Below are positions 40,490 through 49,934 of a stretch of DNA of 64,000 bases, piece after piece. The position numbers and the translations under genes were made by a program. The stretch spans positions 9,216 to 73,215 of the forward strand of contig CANQWG010000001.1 of assembly GCA_947627505.1 (NCBI GenBank). Direction: 5' to 3'. The first letter of the stretch is position 1; each line of letters starts with the position of its first letter. Below the pieces are notes generated by a model, which saw only the letters and a program-made list of their open reading frames with translations, ran no database searches and was not told where the DNA came from. This DNA is from an uncultured Bacilli bacterium (GTDB taxonomy: Bacteria > Bacillota_I > Bacilli_A > RFN20 > CAG-449).

Positions 40490-41128
40490 TCACTTTATAT
40501 CGCTTTGAAAAGCGATTGCCTTTCCTATAATTCTTATATCATTTAGTTCCTCGCCGATATAAACTAAAGGAGCGTATTTTGGATTCTCGGCTTGCAGAAT
40601 CAGCTTTCCTTTGTCTGGATAATAGTAAACGCGTTTTAATGTAGCTTCATTGTCAATGATTACAACTGCTATATCACCATTGTTAACCATGGATGCACTT
40701 TTGATAAATACTATATCACCATCATAAATTCTTGCACCAACCATGCTATCGCCTCTTGCAATTAGGCAAAAATCAGCGTGAATTTTTGTTCCTAATTTAA
40801 CATAGGATTCTCTGTCTTCGTTAGCAAACTTTGGTGTTCCACAAGATATTTCGCCCAAGCAAGGAAGACTTTGTTTGTCAATTTGGTAGAAGTTGTCAAA
40901 GTTTTCGATATATTCTTCGTTTGCATTATCTTCCCATCCCATAATTTTTGCTGGAGAAACCAATAAAGCATCGGCTAATAATTTAATCTTATCTCTTTTC
41001 ATATTTGAGATATTTCCTGATTCCCATCTTGAAATAGTTGCTTCTGATACATTAACCTTTTCAGCTAGTTGCTTCATAGTCAAACTCAGTTCAATTCTTC
41101 TATTTTTAATAAATTCTCCAATTGTCAT
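40490..41128 (-). CDS. cI-like phage repressor (XRE HTH plus S24 LexA-like peptidase)
   Basis: HTH LSLTMKQLAEKVNVSEATISRWESG and S24 motif GDSMVGARIYDGDIVFIK. Start chosen at MTIGEF, which has AAAGGAGG 6 nt upstream. Confidence 0.8.
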   Translation of the reverse strand: MTIGEFIKNRRIELSLTMKQLAEKVNVSEATISRWESGNISNMKRDKIKLLADALLVSPAKIMGWEDNANEEYIENFDNFYQIDKQSLPCLGEISCGTPKFANEDRESYVKLGTKIHADFCLIARGDSMVGARIYDGDIVFIKSASMVNNGDIAVVIIDNEATLKRVYYYPDKGKLILQAENPKYAPLVYIGEELNDIRIIGKAIAFQSDIK

Positions 41129-41165
41129 AGCAACGCCTCCTTTCATAATTATTATTAGCAAATGA

Positions 41166-41268
41166 CTTGCTTTTTTGCAAGCATTACTAAAAAAAAAGGA
41201 AAAAAACTTGCATTCGCGTATTGACAACAGATTTTTTTAATAGTAATATGTACTTGCGTAAATGCAAG
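41166..41268. promoter_or_regulatory. cI/cro divergent control region
   Basis: Two 16-bp palindromic operators, CTTGC-N6-GCAAG, at 41166-41181 and 41253-41268. A sigma-70-like promoter lies between them (TTGACA 41221-41226, 17-bp spacer, TAATAT 41244-49). Confidence 0.55.
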
Positions 41269-41281
41269 AAAGGAGAGAGAT

Positions 41282-41515
41282 ATGTTCGATTTAAATTTGT
41301 TTAATTCGGTATTAGCCTTCAGGGGAATTTCAAAAAAAGAATTAGCTTCTAAAATCGGTTTATCAGAAACGACAATCTATAAGAAAATCAACAGAAATGG
41401 CGATTTTAGTAGAGAAGAAATTCAAAAGATTGGAAATATCATTGGAAAAGAAAATGCAAAAGCAATTTTTTTTGCAGACGAACTTACGCAAATGCAAGAA
41501 ACGGATGCACACTAG
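41282..41515 (+). CDS. Cro-like HTH regulator
   Basis: 77 aa. The segment ISKKELASKIGLSETTIYKKIN is an XRE-type HTH. Transcribed divergently from cI. Confidence 0.6.
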   Translation: MFDLNLFNSVLAFRGISKKELASKIGLSETTIYKKINRNGDFSREEIQKIGNIIGKENAKAIFFADELTQMQETDAH

Positions 41516-41556
41516 CGTATTTATGATCGAAAAATTACGAAAAGAAAGGAGGAACT

Positions 41557-41826
41557 ATGAGACAGCAATTTGGAGATCTAACAATAGAAAAGAAAGAGCA
41601 ATTACTGTCGAAGCCATGTATTAGAGTTGAAGACGTTATGGTTCTAACGGGATATGGCCGTAGTATGTGTTATCAATTGATGAATGAATGCAGACAAAAT
41701 TTTAACGGCCGCGCTGGTATCAGAACTGATGCAATAACACCTAAATCATTATGTTTGGCCCTAGGCACAACAATAGAGGCAGAAATGAGACTCATCGGAA
41801 TAGCAAAAGGATATATACAGCTATGA
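41557..41826 (+). CDS. Small phage DNA-binding protein (putative HTH)
   Basis: 89 aa, in the early-operon position. Confidence 0.3.
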   Translation: MRQQFGDLTIEKKEQLLSKPCIRVEDVMVLTGYGRSMCYQLMNECRQNFNGRAGIRTDAITPKSLCLALGTTIEAEMRLIGIAKGYIQL

Positions 41827-42503
41827 AAAAAATGTATAAAAGAGAGATTTACTCGACCAAAGAAGAATGGCTCAACAATAGAGGTTTTGGGGGTAGTTCT
41901 GCAAGTGCAATCTTGGGAAAAAACCCTTATATGACAATAATCGAATTGTACAAACGTATTGTTCATGGTGGTTCACCAAAGAATGATTCTAATGAATCTA
42001 TGCAATATGGGACATTATGTGAACCACTTATGAGAAAACTGTTTGCGCTCGACTATAAGGACAAATACAAAGTTAAAGCTCCTTGCAAGTATGAAATGTA
42101 TCGACGAAAAGACAAACCTTATTTAACTGCAACTCTTGACGGAAGATTAACCGACCTAATCAGTGGAGTTAAAGGAATATGGGAATGTAAAACACATGAT
42201 GTTAGAAACAAAGCGGATGATGAAATGTGGCAATTAGGATTACCGGATAATTATTTCATCCAATGCTTACATTACCTTGTAGTAATGAATGATTGTGATT
42301 TTGTAATTTTAACCGCTAAATTAAGATATTTTGACTATTACCACGAAGACGGAAAGAAATTACTTTATCAAAAAATTATCTATCACATGATCTGGCGTGA
42401 TGATGTCAAAGATCAATTAGATTACTTAGAAAAGCAAGAAACGGACTTTTATGAAAATAACGTCCAAAAAAAAATTATGCCAAATTATTCAATTAAATTT
42501 TAG
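41823..42503 (+). CDS. YqaJ-like viral recombination exonuclease
   Basis: …NRGFGGSSASAILGKNPYMTIIELY is the YqaJ N-terminal motif. Paired with RecT downstream. Start at MKKMYK, which overlaps the upstream stop (ATGA). Confidence 0.7.
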   Translation: MKKMYKREIYSTKEEWLNNRGFGGSSASAILGKNPYMTIIELYKRIVHGGSPKNDSNESMQYGTLCEPLMRKLFALDYKDKYKVKAPCKYEMYRRKDKPYLTATLDGRLTDLISGVKGIWECKTHDVRNKADDEMWQLGLPDNYFIQCLHYLVVMNDCDFVILTAKLRYFDYYHEDGKKLLYQKIIYHMIWRDDVKDQLDYLEKQETDFYENNVQKKIMPNYSIKF

Positions 42504-42511
42504 GAGGAAAT

Positions 42512-42964
42512 ATGGAAAAAGAATTGAAACTTGTACCTGTGCAAGACAAAGAAACAGGCGTCTATCAAATAGAAAATTTTGAGGAAAACAAAAAAATAGT
42601 TAAGGATTTCTTGGCCAATGAATGCCATGTTGAAATGGAAATAAATTCGGCTGAAGACTACAAACTTATCAAGAACACTAGAACGGATATTCGCAAAAAG
42701 AGAGAGACGATAAAAAATATTCGTATCCAAGTGTCCGAAATGTTAATTGGTGTCTTCGAATCTCAATTAAAAGAAATTGAAAGAGAAATCGATGCGACAG
42801 ATTTAATCTTGAAGGAAAAAATTGATGCTTACGATAAATTGATTAACAACAAGCAAGACAAGCCTTCGAAGATTACTTTAACCGTTAAAGGTTACGATAT
42901 GCAAAAAATTCAAAAAGTCAAAGATTATGCCATTAAGCAAGGCTTAGAGGCAGCAATTAAATAG
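42512..42964 (+). CDS. Hypothetical phage protein
   Basis: ORF with an RBS; sits between the exonuclease and RecT. Confidence 0.4.
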   Translation: MEKELKLVPVQDKETGVYQIENFEENKKIVKDFLANECHVEMEINSAEDYKLIKNTRTDIRKKRETIKNIRIQVSEMLIGVFESQLKEIEREIDATDLILKEKIDAYDKLINNKQDKPSKITLTVKGYDMQKIQKVKDYAIKQGLEAAIK

Positions 42965-42976
42965 GAGGAAATAACA

Positions 42977-43876
42977 ATGGCAAATGAACTTTCAAAAAAT
43001 CTAAAAAACGAGGTTAGTGCTGCTATTAGCAATACTACGATAGCAGATTCAATATTAAAAAACTTCAGTCAACTTGTGGAGGCAGAACAATTAAAATTTC
43101 CGGAGAATTATAACGTAGGTAACCAGTTAAAACTAGCATATTTAACCATTATTCAAAACCCAGATTTCATAGGGTGTACATCCACTTCAATTGGACAAGC
43201 ATTAACTGAATTTGCGCTTCAAGGTTTAGAGGTAGATAAAAAGCAAGTTTATTTCATTAAATATGGAAATCAGCTAAAAATGTTTAGATCTTACTTTGGC
43301 GACGTGGCAGTTGCTTATAGAACCGAATTGGTAAAGGACATTAAAGCAATGGTCGTTTACAGCGGAGATAAGTTTGAAACAACCATTTCTAATGATGAAG
43401 AAGTTGTTGCATATCACAAAACATCTTTTGTCAATCGAGACAATGAAATTATTGGAGCATACGCTGTAGCCACTTTACCAGATGGAGCAAAAAGATATTG
43501 CATAATGACTAAAAAAGAAATTGAGGCCAACTGGAATAAATCGCGTTCACAAAAAAGAGAAGTACAAAAAGAGTTCCCACAGGAAATGGCCAAAAGGACT
43601 GTTATCCGCCGTCTAGTTAAGATGTTATTTAACACTGCCAACACAAGCGACAACTATATCGCGGCAACAATTGCTTCGTACAACAGAACAACCGAAGAAG
43701 AATACGAAAATAGTATAGAAAACTCTCCGACTCCAAGAAAAACAACGGTGCATAATTCTATTTTACCAGAGGCGAATCCATCATCTGAAGAATTAGTCGC
43801 GGATCCGGTGGAAGATGTTGTTGAAACTGCCGAGCCGTCAGTTGAATCAGTTGCAGATGAAGTTGTAGATGAATAG
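42977..43876 (+). CDS. recT: RecT-family single-strand annealing protein
   Basis: 299 aa with an acidic C-terminal tail. It sits in the standard position after YqaJ. Confidence 0.65.
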   Translation: MANELSKNLKNEVSAAISNTTIADSILKNFSQLVEAEQLKFPENYNVGNQLKLAYLTIIQNPDFIGCTSTSIGQALTEFALQGLEVDKKQVYFIKYGNQLKMFRSYFGDVAVAYRTELVKDIKAMVVYSGDKFETTISNDEEVVAYHKTSFVNRDNEIIGAYAVATLPDGAKRYCIMTKKEIEANWNKSRSQKREVQKEFPQEMAKRTVIRRLVKMLFNTANTSDNYIAATIASYNRTTEEEYENSIENSPTPRKTTVHNSILPEANPSSEELVADPVEDVVETAEPSVESVADEVVDE

Positions 43877-43889
43877 GTGGTAAGTAATT

Positions 43890-44057
43890 ATGCTTTTAAA
43901 AGAGACGCGTAAAATTGATTCTAAGGGAAGAATTATTCTTCCCCCACCTTTATTAAGACAATGCAAATTAAAACCTGGCGATGTTGTTTTTTTCGAAAGT
44001 ACTAAATCTGGATCAATTATTATTCGGAAAGACAAGAGCGATGAACAACAAAAATAA
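43890..44057 (+). CDS. AbrB/SpoVT-type small DNA-binding protein (55 aa). It is missing from the ORF track because it is under 60 aa.
   Basis: Translation MLLKETRKIDSKGRIILPPPLLRQCKLKPGDVVFFE… matches the swapped-hairpin AbrB/MazE motif. RBS AGGTGG upstream. Confidence 0.5.
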   Translation: MLLKETRKIDSKGRIILPPPLLRQCKLKPGDVVFFESTKSGSIIIRKDKSDEQQK

Positions 44058-44967
44058 AGCCCAAAAATATTATTGGTTCAAGCTAAAATTATCCTTTTTG
44101 GATAGTCCCAAAGTAGATTTTCTAATGTCGCAAAATGGTGGAGCTAATTATGTAGTGATTTACCAAATGCTTTGTTTGAAAGCGATTAACACAAACGGTA
44201 AATTAGAAACATCTGTGAAAGAATGTAGAATCAAATGGGACGACGCTAAAATACAGCGTGAATTAAAGTACTTTGAAATAGACACAATACGAATCGCCAT
44301 GACTCTATTCCTACAACTCGGTTTAATCGTTCCTGATGAAGAAGGTATACTTCAAATTCAAGATTTTAGCGAGCTTGTCGGTTCTGAAACCGGTGCTGCT
44401 ATTGAAAAAAGAGAGCAAAGAAAAAGAATAGACAAAGGGATAGACAAAGGGATAGACAAAAGAATAGACAAAGGGATAGACAAAGGGATAGACAATGTCT
44501 ATCCAGAGTATAGAGATAAGAGTATAGAGTATAGATATAAGAATATAGAGAATATAGATAATATAAATAATATATATAATACTTTAGAAGATAAAAAAGA
44601 TAAAAAAGATAAAAAAGATAAAACCCCTGACGAGGTGTCAAAAAATCCCTTCATAATATTTCTTTTGTCGAAAAATTTTTTTACCAAAAAAGATTATATC
44701 GAAATTCCACTCATCGAAGAGTTTTACGATTCACTGCTTGAGGGCTATTCGTTAAAATCACCTGAATGGATACAACAATATAAAAATATTTTCATAGCAA
44801 CCAAATATATGGTTACCTATGCTTCTAACCCAGAGATTATTGAAGATAAATTAAGTTACATTAAAACCGCAATTAGCGATTCACTTAATAGAAATTACAA
44901 TAATTCGGATTGGATGGAAGAGTGCGAACGCTATTTCGAAACTCATCCGGAACTAAAACGTTATTAA
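44041..44967 (+). CDS. Phage replisome organiser / replication initiator with internal iterons (origin of replication)
   Basis: The N-terminus MNNKNKAQKYYWFKLKLSFLDSPKVDFL resembles phage_rep_org_N proteins. The coding sequence holds 12-bp tandem repeats that translate to DKGIDKGIDKRIDKGIDKGID. Confidence 0.55.
   Translation: MNNKNKAQKYYWFKLKLSFLDSPKVDFLMSQNGGANYVVIYQMLCLKAINTNGKLETSVKECRIKWDDAKIQRELKYFEIDTIRIAMTLFLQLGLIVPDEEGILQIQDFSELVGSETGAAIEKREQRKRIDKGIDKGIDKRIDKGIDKGIDNVYPEYRDKSIEYRYKNIENIDNINNIYNTLEDKKDKKDKKDKTPDEVSKNPFIIFLLSKNFFTKKDYIEIPLIEEFYDSLLEGYSLKSPEWIQQYKNIFIATKYMVTYASNPEIIEDKLSYIKTAISDSLNRNYNNSDWMEECERYFETHPELKRY
44428..44626 (+). repeat. Iteron cluster and AT-rich unwinding element. 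There are about 5.7 copies of ATAGACAAAGGG (44428-44499), then TATAGAG-type AT-rich repeats, then 3 copies of GATAAAAAA (44591-44626).
   Basis: Tandem repeats are directly visible, in a lambda-O-like arrangement with the origin inside the initiator gene. Confidence 0.7.
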
Positions 44968-45004
44968 AACCGACCAAATAAAAAAACAATAGAGGCAAAA
45001 AGAA

Positions 45005-45451
45005 ATGAATAATGCACAATGGAGATTATATAATCTTTTGAAAAAGAAAAATCAAGAAAATCCAAATCACTGGGTTACTCACGAAGAAATATGCAAAGAA
45101 TTGCCGGATTTATTTTCATTAAATCATAAAGCAATCAATAAAATGTGTTCGTCGCATATTCAACAGCACATTTTAAAAATCAATGAAGATAATAAAATTG
45201 AAAAAATAATCATGTATAAAAATCAAAGTTACCGTTTGGCAAAAGATTCGGTCGAAGCTTTCGATTTTATTCGCAATAAGTTATTTATTCGCGGATTAAG
45301 ACATTTAAAACGTTATTGGACCTTATTAGACAAAATACGAAGCGACGGTCAAATGAAATTACTCTCAAATAGAAGTGAAATCATAGATAAAGATTCTCGT
45401 GCCAGAGATTATTTTGAAACTTATTTACCGACGGGAAAAAATCAAACATGA
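45005..45451 (+). CDS. Hypothetical phage replication-module protein
   Basis: ORF only. Confidence 0.4.
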   Translation: MNNAQWRLYNLLKKKNQENPNHWVTHEEICKELPDLFSLNHKAINKMCSSHIQQHILKINEDNKIEKIIMYKNQSYRLAKDSVEAFDFIRNKLFIRGLRHLKRYWTLLDKIRSDGQMKLLSNRSEIIDKDSRARDYFETYLPTGKNQT

Positions 45452-45837
45452 AAAAAACTTTTGCTATTTTCAATGAATTTAATCTTATTGGGCGACTGTG
45501 TAATACTCCTCAAAAGGAATTTACCAAAAATCATCAACTATTTACACGCATTACTTTAAAAACCCGATTTCGAGACGAAATATTTATTCCAATAATCATG
45601 TTTGGAAAAGAAGTCGATGTTGTATGCACTAAATTTCAAATTGGCGACGTTGTGGCCATTAAAGGTCAAATCTCTTCGCGAGAAAAACAAGACGGGAAAT
45701 TGATGATAGATTTTGTTGCAACAGAAATGCAATTGATTTCTAAAACAAATCTTGAAATCGTCCAAGAAGATAAATTCTTGAAAGTTATTGAATTATATGA
45801 TCCTGAAAAAGTGACCAAAAGAATGATGAAAAAATAG
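45448..45837 (+). CDS. SSB-like OB-fold protein (no acidic tail)
   Basis: FNLIGRLCNTPQKEF…ITLKT resembles the SSB N-terminal OB fold. Confidence 0.45.
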   Translation: MKKTFAIFNEFNLIGRLCNTPQKEFTKNHQLFTRITLKTRFRDEIFIPIIMFGKEVDVVCTKFQIGDVVAIKGQISSREKQDGKLMIDFVATEMQLISKTNLEIVQEDKFLKVIELYDPEKVTKRMMKK

Positions 45838-45846
45838 GAGGCAAAT

Positions 45847-46218
45847 ATGGCTTTAAATAATTCTTTTCGACTAATAGGCACAATTATTACTCCTTTCAAC
45901 AAAGTTAAAAGAGGTAAATATAATGTCTACGAAGTTGAAATCGAAGTTCAAAATGGTAAGTCGATTCAAACAATTCCACTTACATTTTACGCTAAAACGG
46001 CGAACCCTGTTACCGATTACACTCGAGATTTAACCGGCATGCAAGTAGCGGTCGGAGGATACATCCAGGGCAATCGCTACAGCTTGCAGGACAAAGTTAT
46101 TCACTACATTTATATGGTTGTCAATGAATTATCAATCATATCTAAAGGATTTGACGATATGAACACCGGTGTTAGTGCACAAGGAATCTTAATTCCTGAC
46201 GATGATTTACCATTTTAA
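45847..46218 (+). CDS. ssb: Single-stranded DNA-binding protein
   Basis: OB-fold start FRLIGTI… and the canonical acidic C-terminal tail DDDLPF. Confidence 0.65.
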   Translation: MALNNSFRLIGTIITPFNKVKRGKYNVYEVEIEVQNGKSIQTIPLTFYAKTANPVTDYTRDLTGMQVAVGGYIQGNRYSLQDKVIHYIYMVVNELSIISKGFDDMNTGVSAQGILIPDDDLPF

Positions 46219-46241
46219 AAAACAATAAGGAGAAAAATAAA

Positions 46242-47090
46242 ATGAAAAACGTTAAAAACTTAACTCTAGAAGAAAGAGTAACACTCTTAGAAAAGCAAAT
46301 GAGCAACTTAGTTGCAAATAAAGAATTAACAACGGAATTTGCATTGAATGTCAAAAACCTTAAAAGCAGTGGCGAACCCAAAGGAGTAGATTTCTTGAAT
46401 TATGTAGAATCGCTTTCAGAAAAGATTGAAGATGAACACAAGAACATCTATGTAAAATTACCTACAATTTATGTCAATGTAATGAGTAGAATTATTTACT
46501 TCTCGTTTAACGAGATCGATGGCTATATCAAATTACAGCCTCAATTAGTTTCTAAATATAAAAACTCATTAGTAGATGGAAAGATAAGATCTATTCCAAA
46601 TGTCGCTCCAAACTTCTCGCAATTCTCATTTAACAAAGCTACGAAATTTTGCAAGTGGGTTGATGGCGAACAACTGAATTGGCGTACCGTTCTTTACTTC
46701 CAAATAATGTGGGCGTACGCATACGGAACCAAAAATAATAACTCCATTTTGCCAAATGAAAAATATAATTGGAGTAGTGAAAGAGATTGTGCTTTTGGTG
46801 ACACAGGTAAAGGAATAGGCGAGTTTTTGGGCGTTGAGCAATTATTTACATCAGGTCGAAATTTTGTTGATCTTAGCGACCATGAAACAGAACTGTGGAA
46901 AATATATAAAGAATGGAATTTTAATGAACAATTTGATCCTAACGCAAAATTCGCTGAATGGGGCGATTATGATCCTGACGAAAAGTCAAAAGGGGTCTTC
47001 TTCTCGGATTGGAATAATGGGTTCAACCGCTGTTGGAACGCCGGCGACCGCGCCGTCCGCCTTTGCAAAAAGCCTTATGAAGGGTGTTAG
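46242..47090 (+). CDS. Hypothetical phage protein
   Basis: ORF only. Confidence 0.4.
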   Translation: MKNVKNLTLEERVTLLEKQMSNLVANKELTTEFALNVKNLKSSGEPKGVDFLNYVESLSEKIEDEHKNIYVKLPTIYVNVMSRIIYFSFNEIDGYIKLQPQLVSKYKNSLVDGKIRSIPNVAPNFSQFSFNKATKFCKWVDGEQLNWRTVLYFQIMWAYAYGTKNNNSILPNEKYNWSSERDCAFGDTGKGIGEFLGVEQLFTSGRNFVDLSDHETELWKIYKEWNFNEQFDPNAKFAEWGDYDPDEKSKGVFFSDWNNGFNRCWNAGDRAVRLCKKPYEGC

Positions 47091-47111
47091 GATTATCTTT
47101 AATTTATCAAT

Positions 47112-47558
47112 ATGGCAAAACAAGAAAACAAGGTAATTAAAACAGCCGCAGATTCGGTCAGAAAAATTTTATTTAACTTTGATCTGGAAATGACTGCAAG
47201 TGTTGGGGAGTTGAAACTCGCAAGAGCAAAAACTCTCCGCTATAAAAATCCTAAAAATAATCGAGAAAAAGAGATTTACACAAACGCTCGCATCGATGAA
47301 GAGAAATTAAAAGTATTTATTCAACAATTGACGGCCGGGAAAAATGAAACGTGGCAGTCCTTAGAACAAATTTTAGAAATCTATAATCCAAAATACAAAA
47401 AGATTTGGTTAATGTATTTTATCAGCCAATATACTTACGAAGAAATCGCCCAAAAAACTAATTATTCCGTAGATGGTGTTAATTTTATAATTCAAAAATT
47501 AAAAAAAGACTTAATTGATTTAAACCTAATTGCAAAGGAGGATAACGCAAGTGAGTGA
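47112..47558 (+). CDS. Sigma-70 region-4-like / ArpU-like late transcription regulator
   Basis: …YTYEEIAQKTNYSVDGVNFIIQKLKK is a region-4-type HTH. Confidence 0.4.
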   Translation: MAKQENKVIKTAADSVRKILFNFDLEMTASVGELKLARAKTLRYKNPKNNREKEIYTNARIDEEKLKVFIQQLTAGKNETWQSLEQILEIYNPKYKKIWLMYFISQYTYEEIAQKTNYSVDGVNFIIQKLKKDLIDLNLIAKEDNASE

Positions 47559-48132
47559 TTGTTTGAAAAATGTAAAATTTAAAATTATTAGTCCGATTGT
47601 TACAAAAGCAAGACCTAAAGCAAGAGTAGTTAACGGACAATACGCTCAAATGTATACACCTAAAAAGACTTCTGTTTATGAAAATTTTATCAAACTAAAT
47701 TATCAAGAAAAAGTGAATTACTTTTTTGACGAAAGGCCATTAGAAGTTGCGATTGTTGCCTACTTCAAATGCCCAAATGCTCTTAAAAAATATATACCAT
47801 TCGATATCAAGTGTGTTAATCATAAAGATCTTGATAATATTGCAAAAACAATTTTGGATGCCTTAAATGGTATAGCTTATAAAGACGATAAACAAGTTCA
47901 AAAATTGCATGTTACTAAGAAATATTCCGAAACCGACTATGATTATGTCGAGGTATCAATCAGCGATGTTGTGGGAACTCTTGAAGAGGTTAAACAAATG
48001 TATGAATATGAGAAATTAACGCAAGAAATCTCAAAATTAGAAAGCAAAGGCACTTTAAATGCAAAAGACAAAGAACGGCTTATAAAACTAAAGGAAAAAA
48101 CTAATAGTTTTAGTACTCCGTTACCGTTTTAA
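47548..48132 (+). CDS. rusA: RusA-family Holliday junction resolvase (with a C-terminal extension)
   Basis: DLDNIAKTILDALNGIAYKDDKQV is the RusA catalytic signature. Start at GTG 47548, which has AAGGAGG upstream. Confidence 0.6.
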   Translation, partial: QVSDCLKNVKFKIISPIVTKARPKARVVNGQYAQMYTPKKTSVYENFIKLNYQEKVNYFFDERPLEVAIVAYFKCPNALKKYIPFDIKCVNHKDLDNIAKTILDALNGIAYKDDKQVQKLHVTKKYSETDYDYVEVSISDVVGTLEEVKQMYEYEKLTQEISKLESKGTLNAKDKERLIKLKEKTNSFSTPLPF

Positions 48133-48148
48133 AGGAGATGAAAGCAAA

Positions 48149-48538
48149 ATGACAATAGAACAATTAAGAACCCAAGACAAAAAACATGCGCAAGTAATTG
48201 CAAATTATCTAATAAAAAGAATTGAAACCGACCAATGCTTAAAAGAAAAAATTGAAACAACAACTAAAACATTAAAAGGATGTGTTAAATATTGTAAAAA
48301 TGAGGCGCGTAAACAAGCTGAAGATGGATGTGCAATGATTCCTGATGATGAAGTGTTTAAGTGGGCAGTTCATTATTTTCTTGAAGATTCAATCAAAGAA
48401 AATGAAATACCATCTATTCCTAATTCTAAAATTAACAATGAAAAAAATAATACTCAAAAATTTACTTCTGATACTAAAAAAGATAAAGATGTAAAAAAGA
48501 AACTTATCGAGCAATTAACATTATTTGACTTAGGTTAA
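48149..48538 (+). CDS. Hypothetical phage protein
   Basis: ORF only. Confidence 0.35.
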   Translation: MTIEQLRTQDKKHAQVIANYLIKRIETDQCLKEKIETTTKTLKGCVKYCKNEARKQAEDGCAMIPDDEVFKWAVHYFLEDSIKENEIPSIPNSKINNEKNNTQKFTSDTKKDKDVKKKLIEQLTLFDLG

Positions 48539-48539
48539 T

Positions 48540-49865
48540 ATGGAACCATTTGATTACAATCCAATACTAGAACTTGTTGACTATCCAATTACGCTAGAAG
48601 ATAAGATTAAAGAATTGGGATATTATTTTTCAAGTTATTTAGAATATGATGCAAAGAAAAAAGAATTTATACGACATGTTTATGCAAGTCGAACCACGAA
48701 AAAAAATGGTTTTGAGTGCATGGAAATTTTTAGAGAATATGAAAGCGGCTTAAAAATAGGAAAAAATTTTTATTATTGCTCATACGGAAATGCTGCAGGG
48801 ATGCACGTTGTTTGGAAAAACACAAATTCATTTTATTACGGAAATAAAGAAAGGATTAAAAAATTTGTTGAATGTGATGATTTTATAAATATTGGAATGT
48901 TTCGGTCGTTTCAAATGACTACATTAGAGGAAATTGTAAGTAATGATTTAAATTTGAGATTTTGTCGATGGAACAATCACGTTGATGCTTTAAATTATAT
49001 TAAAATTTACAAAAGATATCCGATTGTAGAAATGCTAATGAAACTTGAATTATATCACTTAGTCTTTAATGAAAAATGCCTTTTGTTAATGATAGAAAGT
49101 AAACAATTTTGCAGATGGCTTTTTAAAAATAGAGATGCGATAAAAAAAGATCAAATTTCTTTTCCAGCTTTAAAATCTGCGTTTAAAAACGGGCAAGATG
49201 TTGCTAAATATAATGAGAAAATTATTAAAAAAAGATTGGATGCTAAAAGAATATCAGATGAGTTAGGCACTCAACTTTATCATCTTATAAAAGATGTATG
49301 TAAAGATTTTAATAAGGCGCAAAAATATGCTCAAATGGTTGGTAAAGAAAATTATCGAGATTATTTAGAAGCTTGCAAATTTTTGAAATTAGATTTATCT
49401 GATACAAAAGTTTTATATCCAAAAAATTTTAAATACTGGCATGATTTTTACGTTAATCAAATGACCTCAGCAAAAAACACAATAATAGATCAAAATATAT
49501 TAAAACAGGCCAAGCGATATAAATATTTGCTTTTAGATTTAGAAAAATTAGTTTTAATTTTTCCTTCAAAAACTCAAGATTTTATCGATGAGGGCAACGC
49601 ATTACATCACTGTGTAGGTCGTATGAATTATAACGAAAAGATGGCTAAAGGTGAATCGCTAATTATTTTCATTAGAAAAAAAACAGCACCAAACAATCCA
49701 TTTGTTACGATGGAATATAATCCTAAAAAAAAGAACATACAGCAAATTTATGGCAATCATGATGAACCACCTACTGCAGAAGTTAAAAATGAAATTTATA
49801 ACTTTTGGCTTCCAATGGTGCAACAAATAAAAAATAAGAAGTTAAAGGAGAAAAAAATAATATGA
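48540..49865 (+). CDS. PcfJ-like protein
   Basis: 441 aa; a weak resemblance to plasmid and phage PcfJ-domain proteins. Confidence 0.4.
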   Translation: MEPFDYNPILELVDYPITLEDKIKELGYYFSSYLEYDAKKKEFIRHVYASRTTKKNGFECMEIFREYESGLKIGKNFYYCSYGNAAGMHVVWKNTNSFYYGNKERIKKFVECDDFINIGMFRSFQMTTLEEIVSNDLNLRFCRWNNHVDALNYIKIYKRYPIVEMLMKLELYHLVFNEKCLLLMIESKQFCRWLFKNRDAIKKDQISFPALKSAFKNGQDVAKYNEKIIKKRLDAKRISDELGTQLYHLIKDVCKDFNKAQKYAQMVGKENYRDYLEACKFLKLDLSDTKVLYPKNFKYWHDFYVNQMTSAKNTIIDQNILKQAKRYKYLLLDLEKLVLIFPSKTQDFIDEGNALHHCVGRMNYNEKMAKGESLIIFIRKKTAPNNPFVTMEYNPKKKNIQQIYGNHDEPPTAEVKNEIYNFWLPMVQQIKNKKLKEKKII

Positions 49866-49934
49866 GAGCTGATGAATTAGTAGACAAAGAACGAGGAATA
49901 AGTATTTTTTCGGTTTTAATTAAAAGGAAACAAA

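Noticed and set aside
40893-42730. Small ORFs 40893-41165, 41397-41624, 41673-41966 and 42500-42730
   Set aside because: They overlap the repressor, cro / HTH and YqaJ genes in other frames or on the other strand, with no supporting signals.
44399-44687. Minus-strand ORFs (YLFYLF…, LSLCLS… repeats)
   Set aside because: They are artefacts of translating the iteron / AT-rich repeats on the opposite strand of the replisome-organiser gene.
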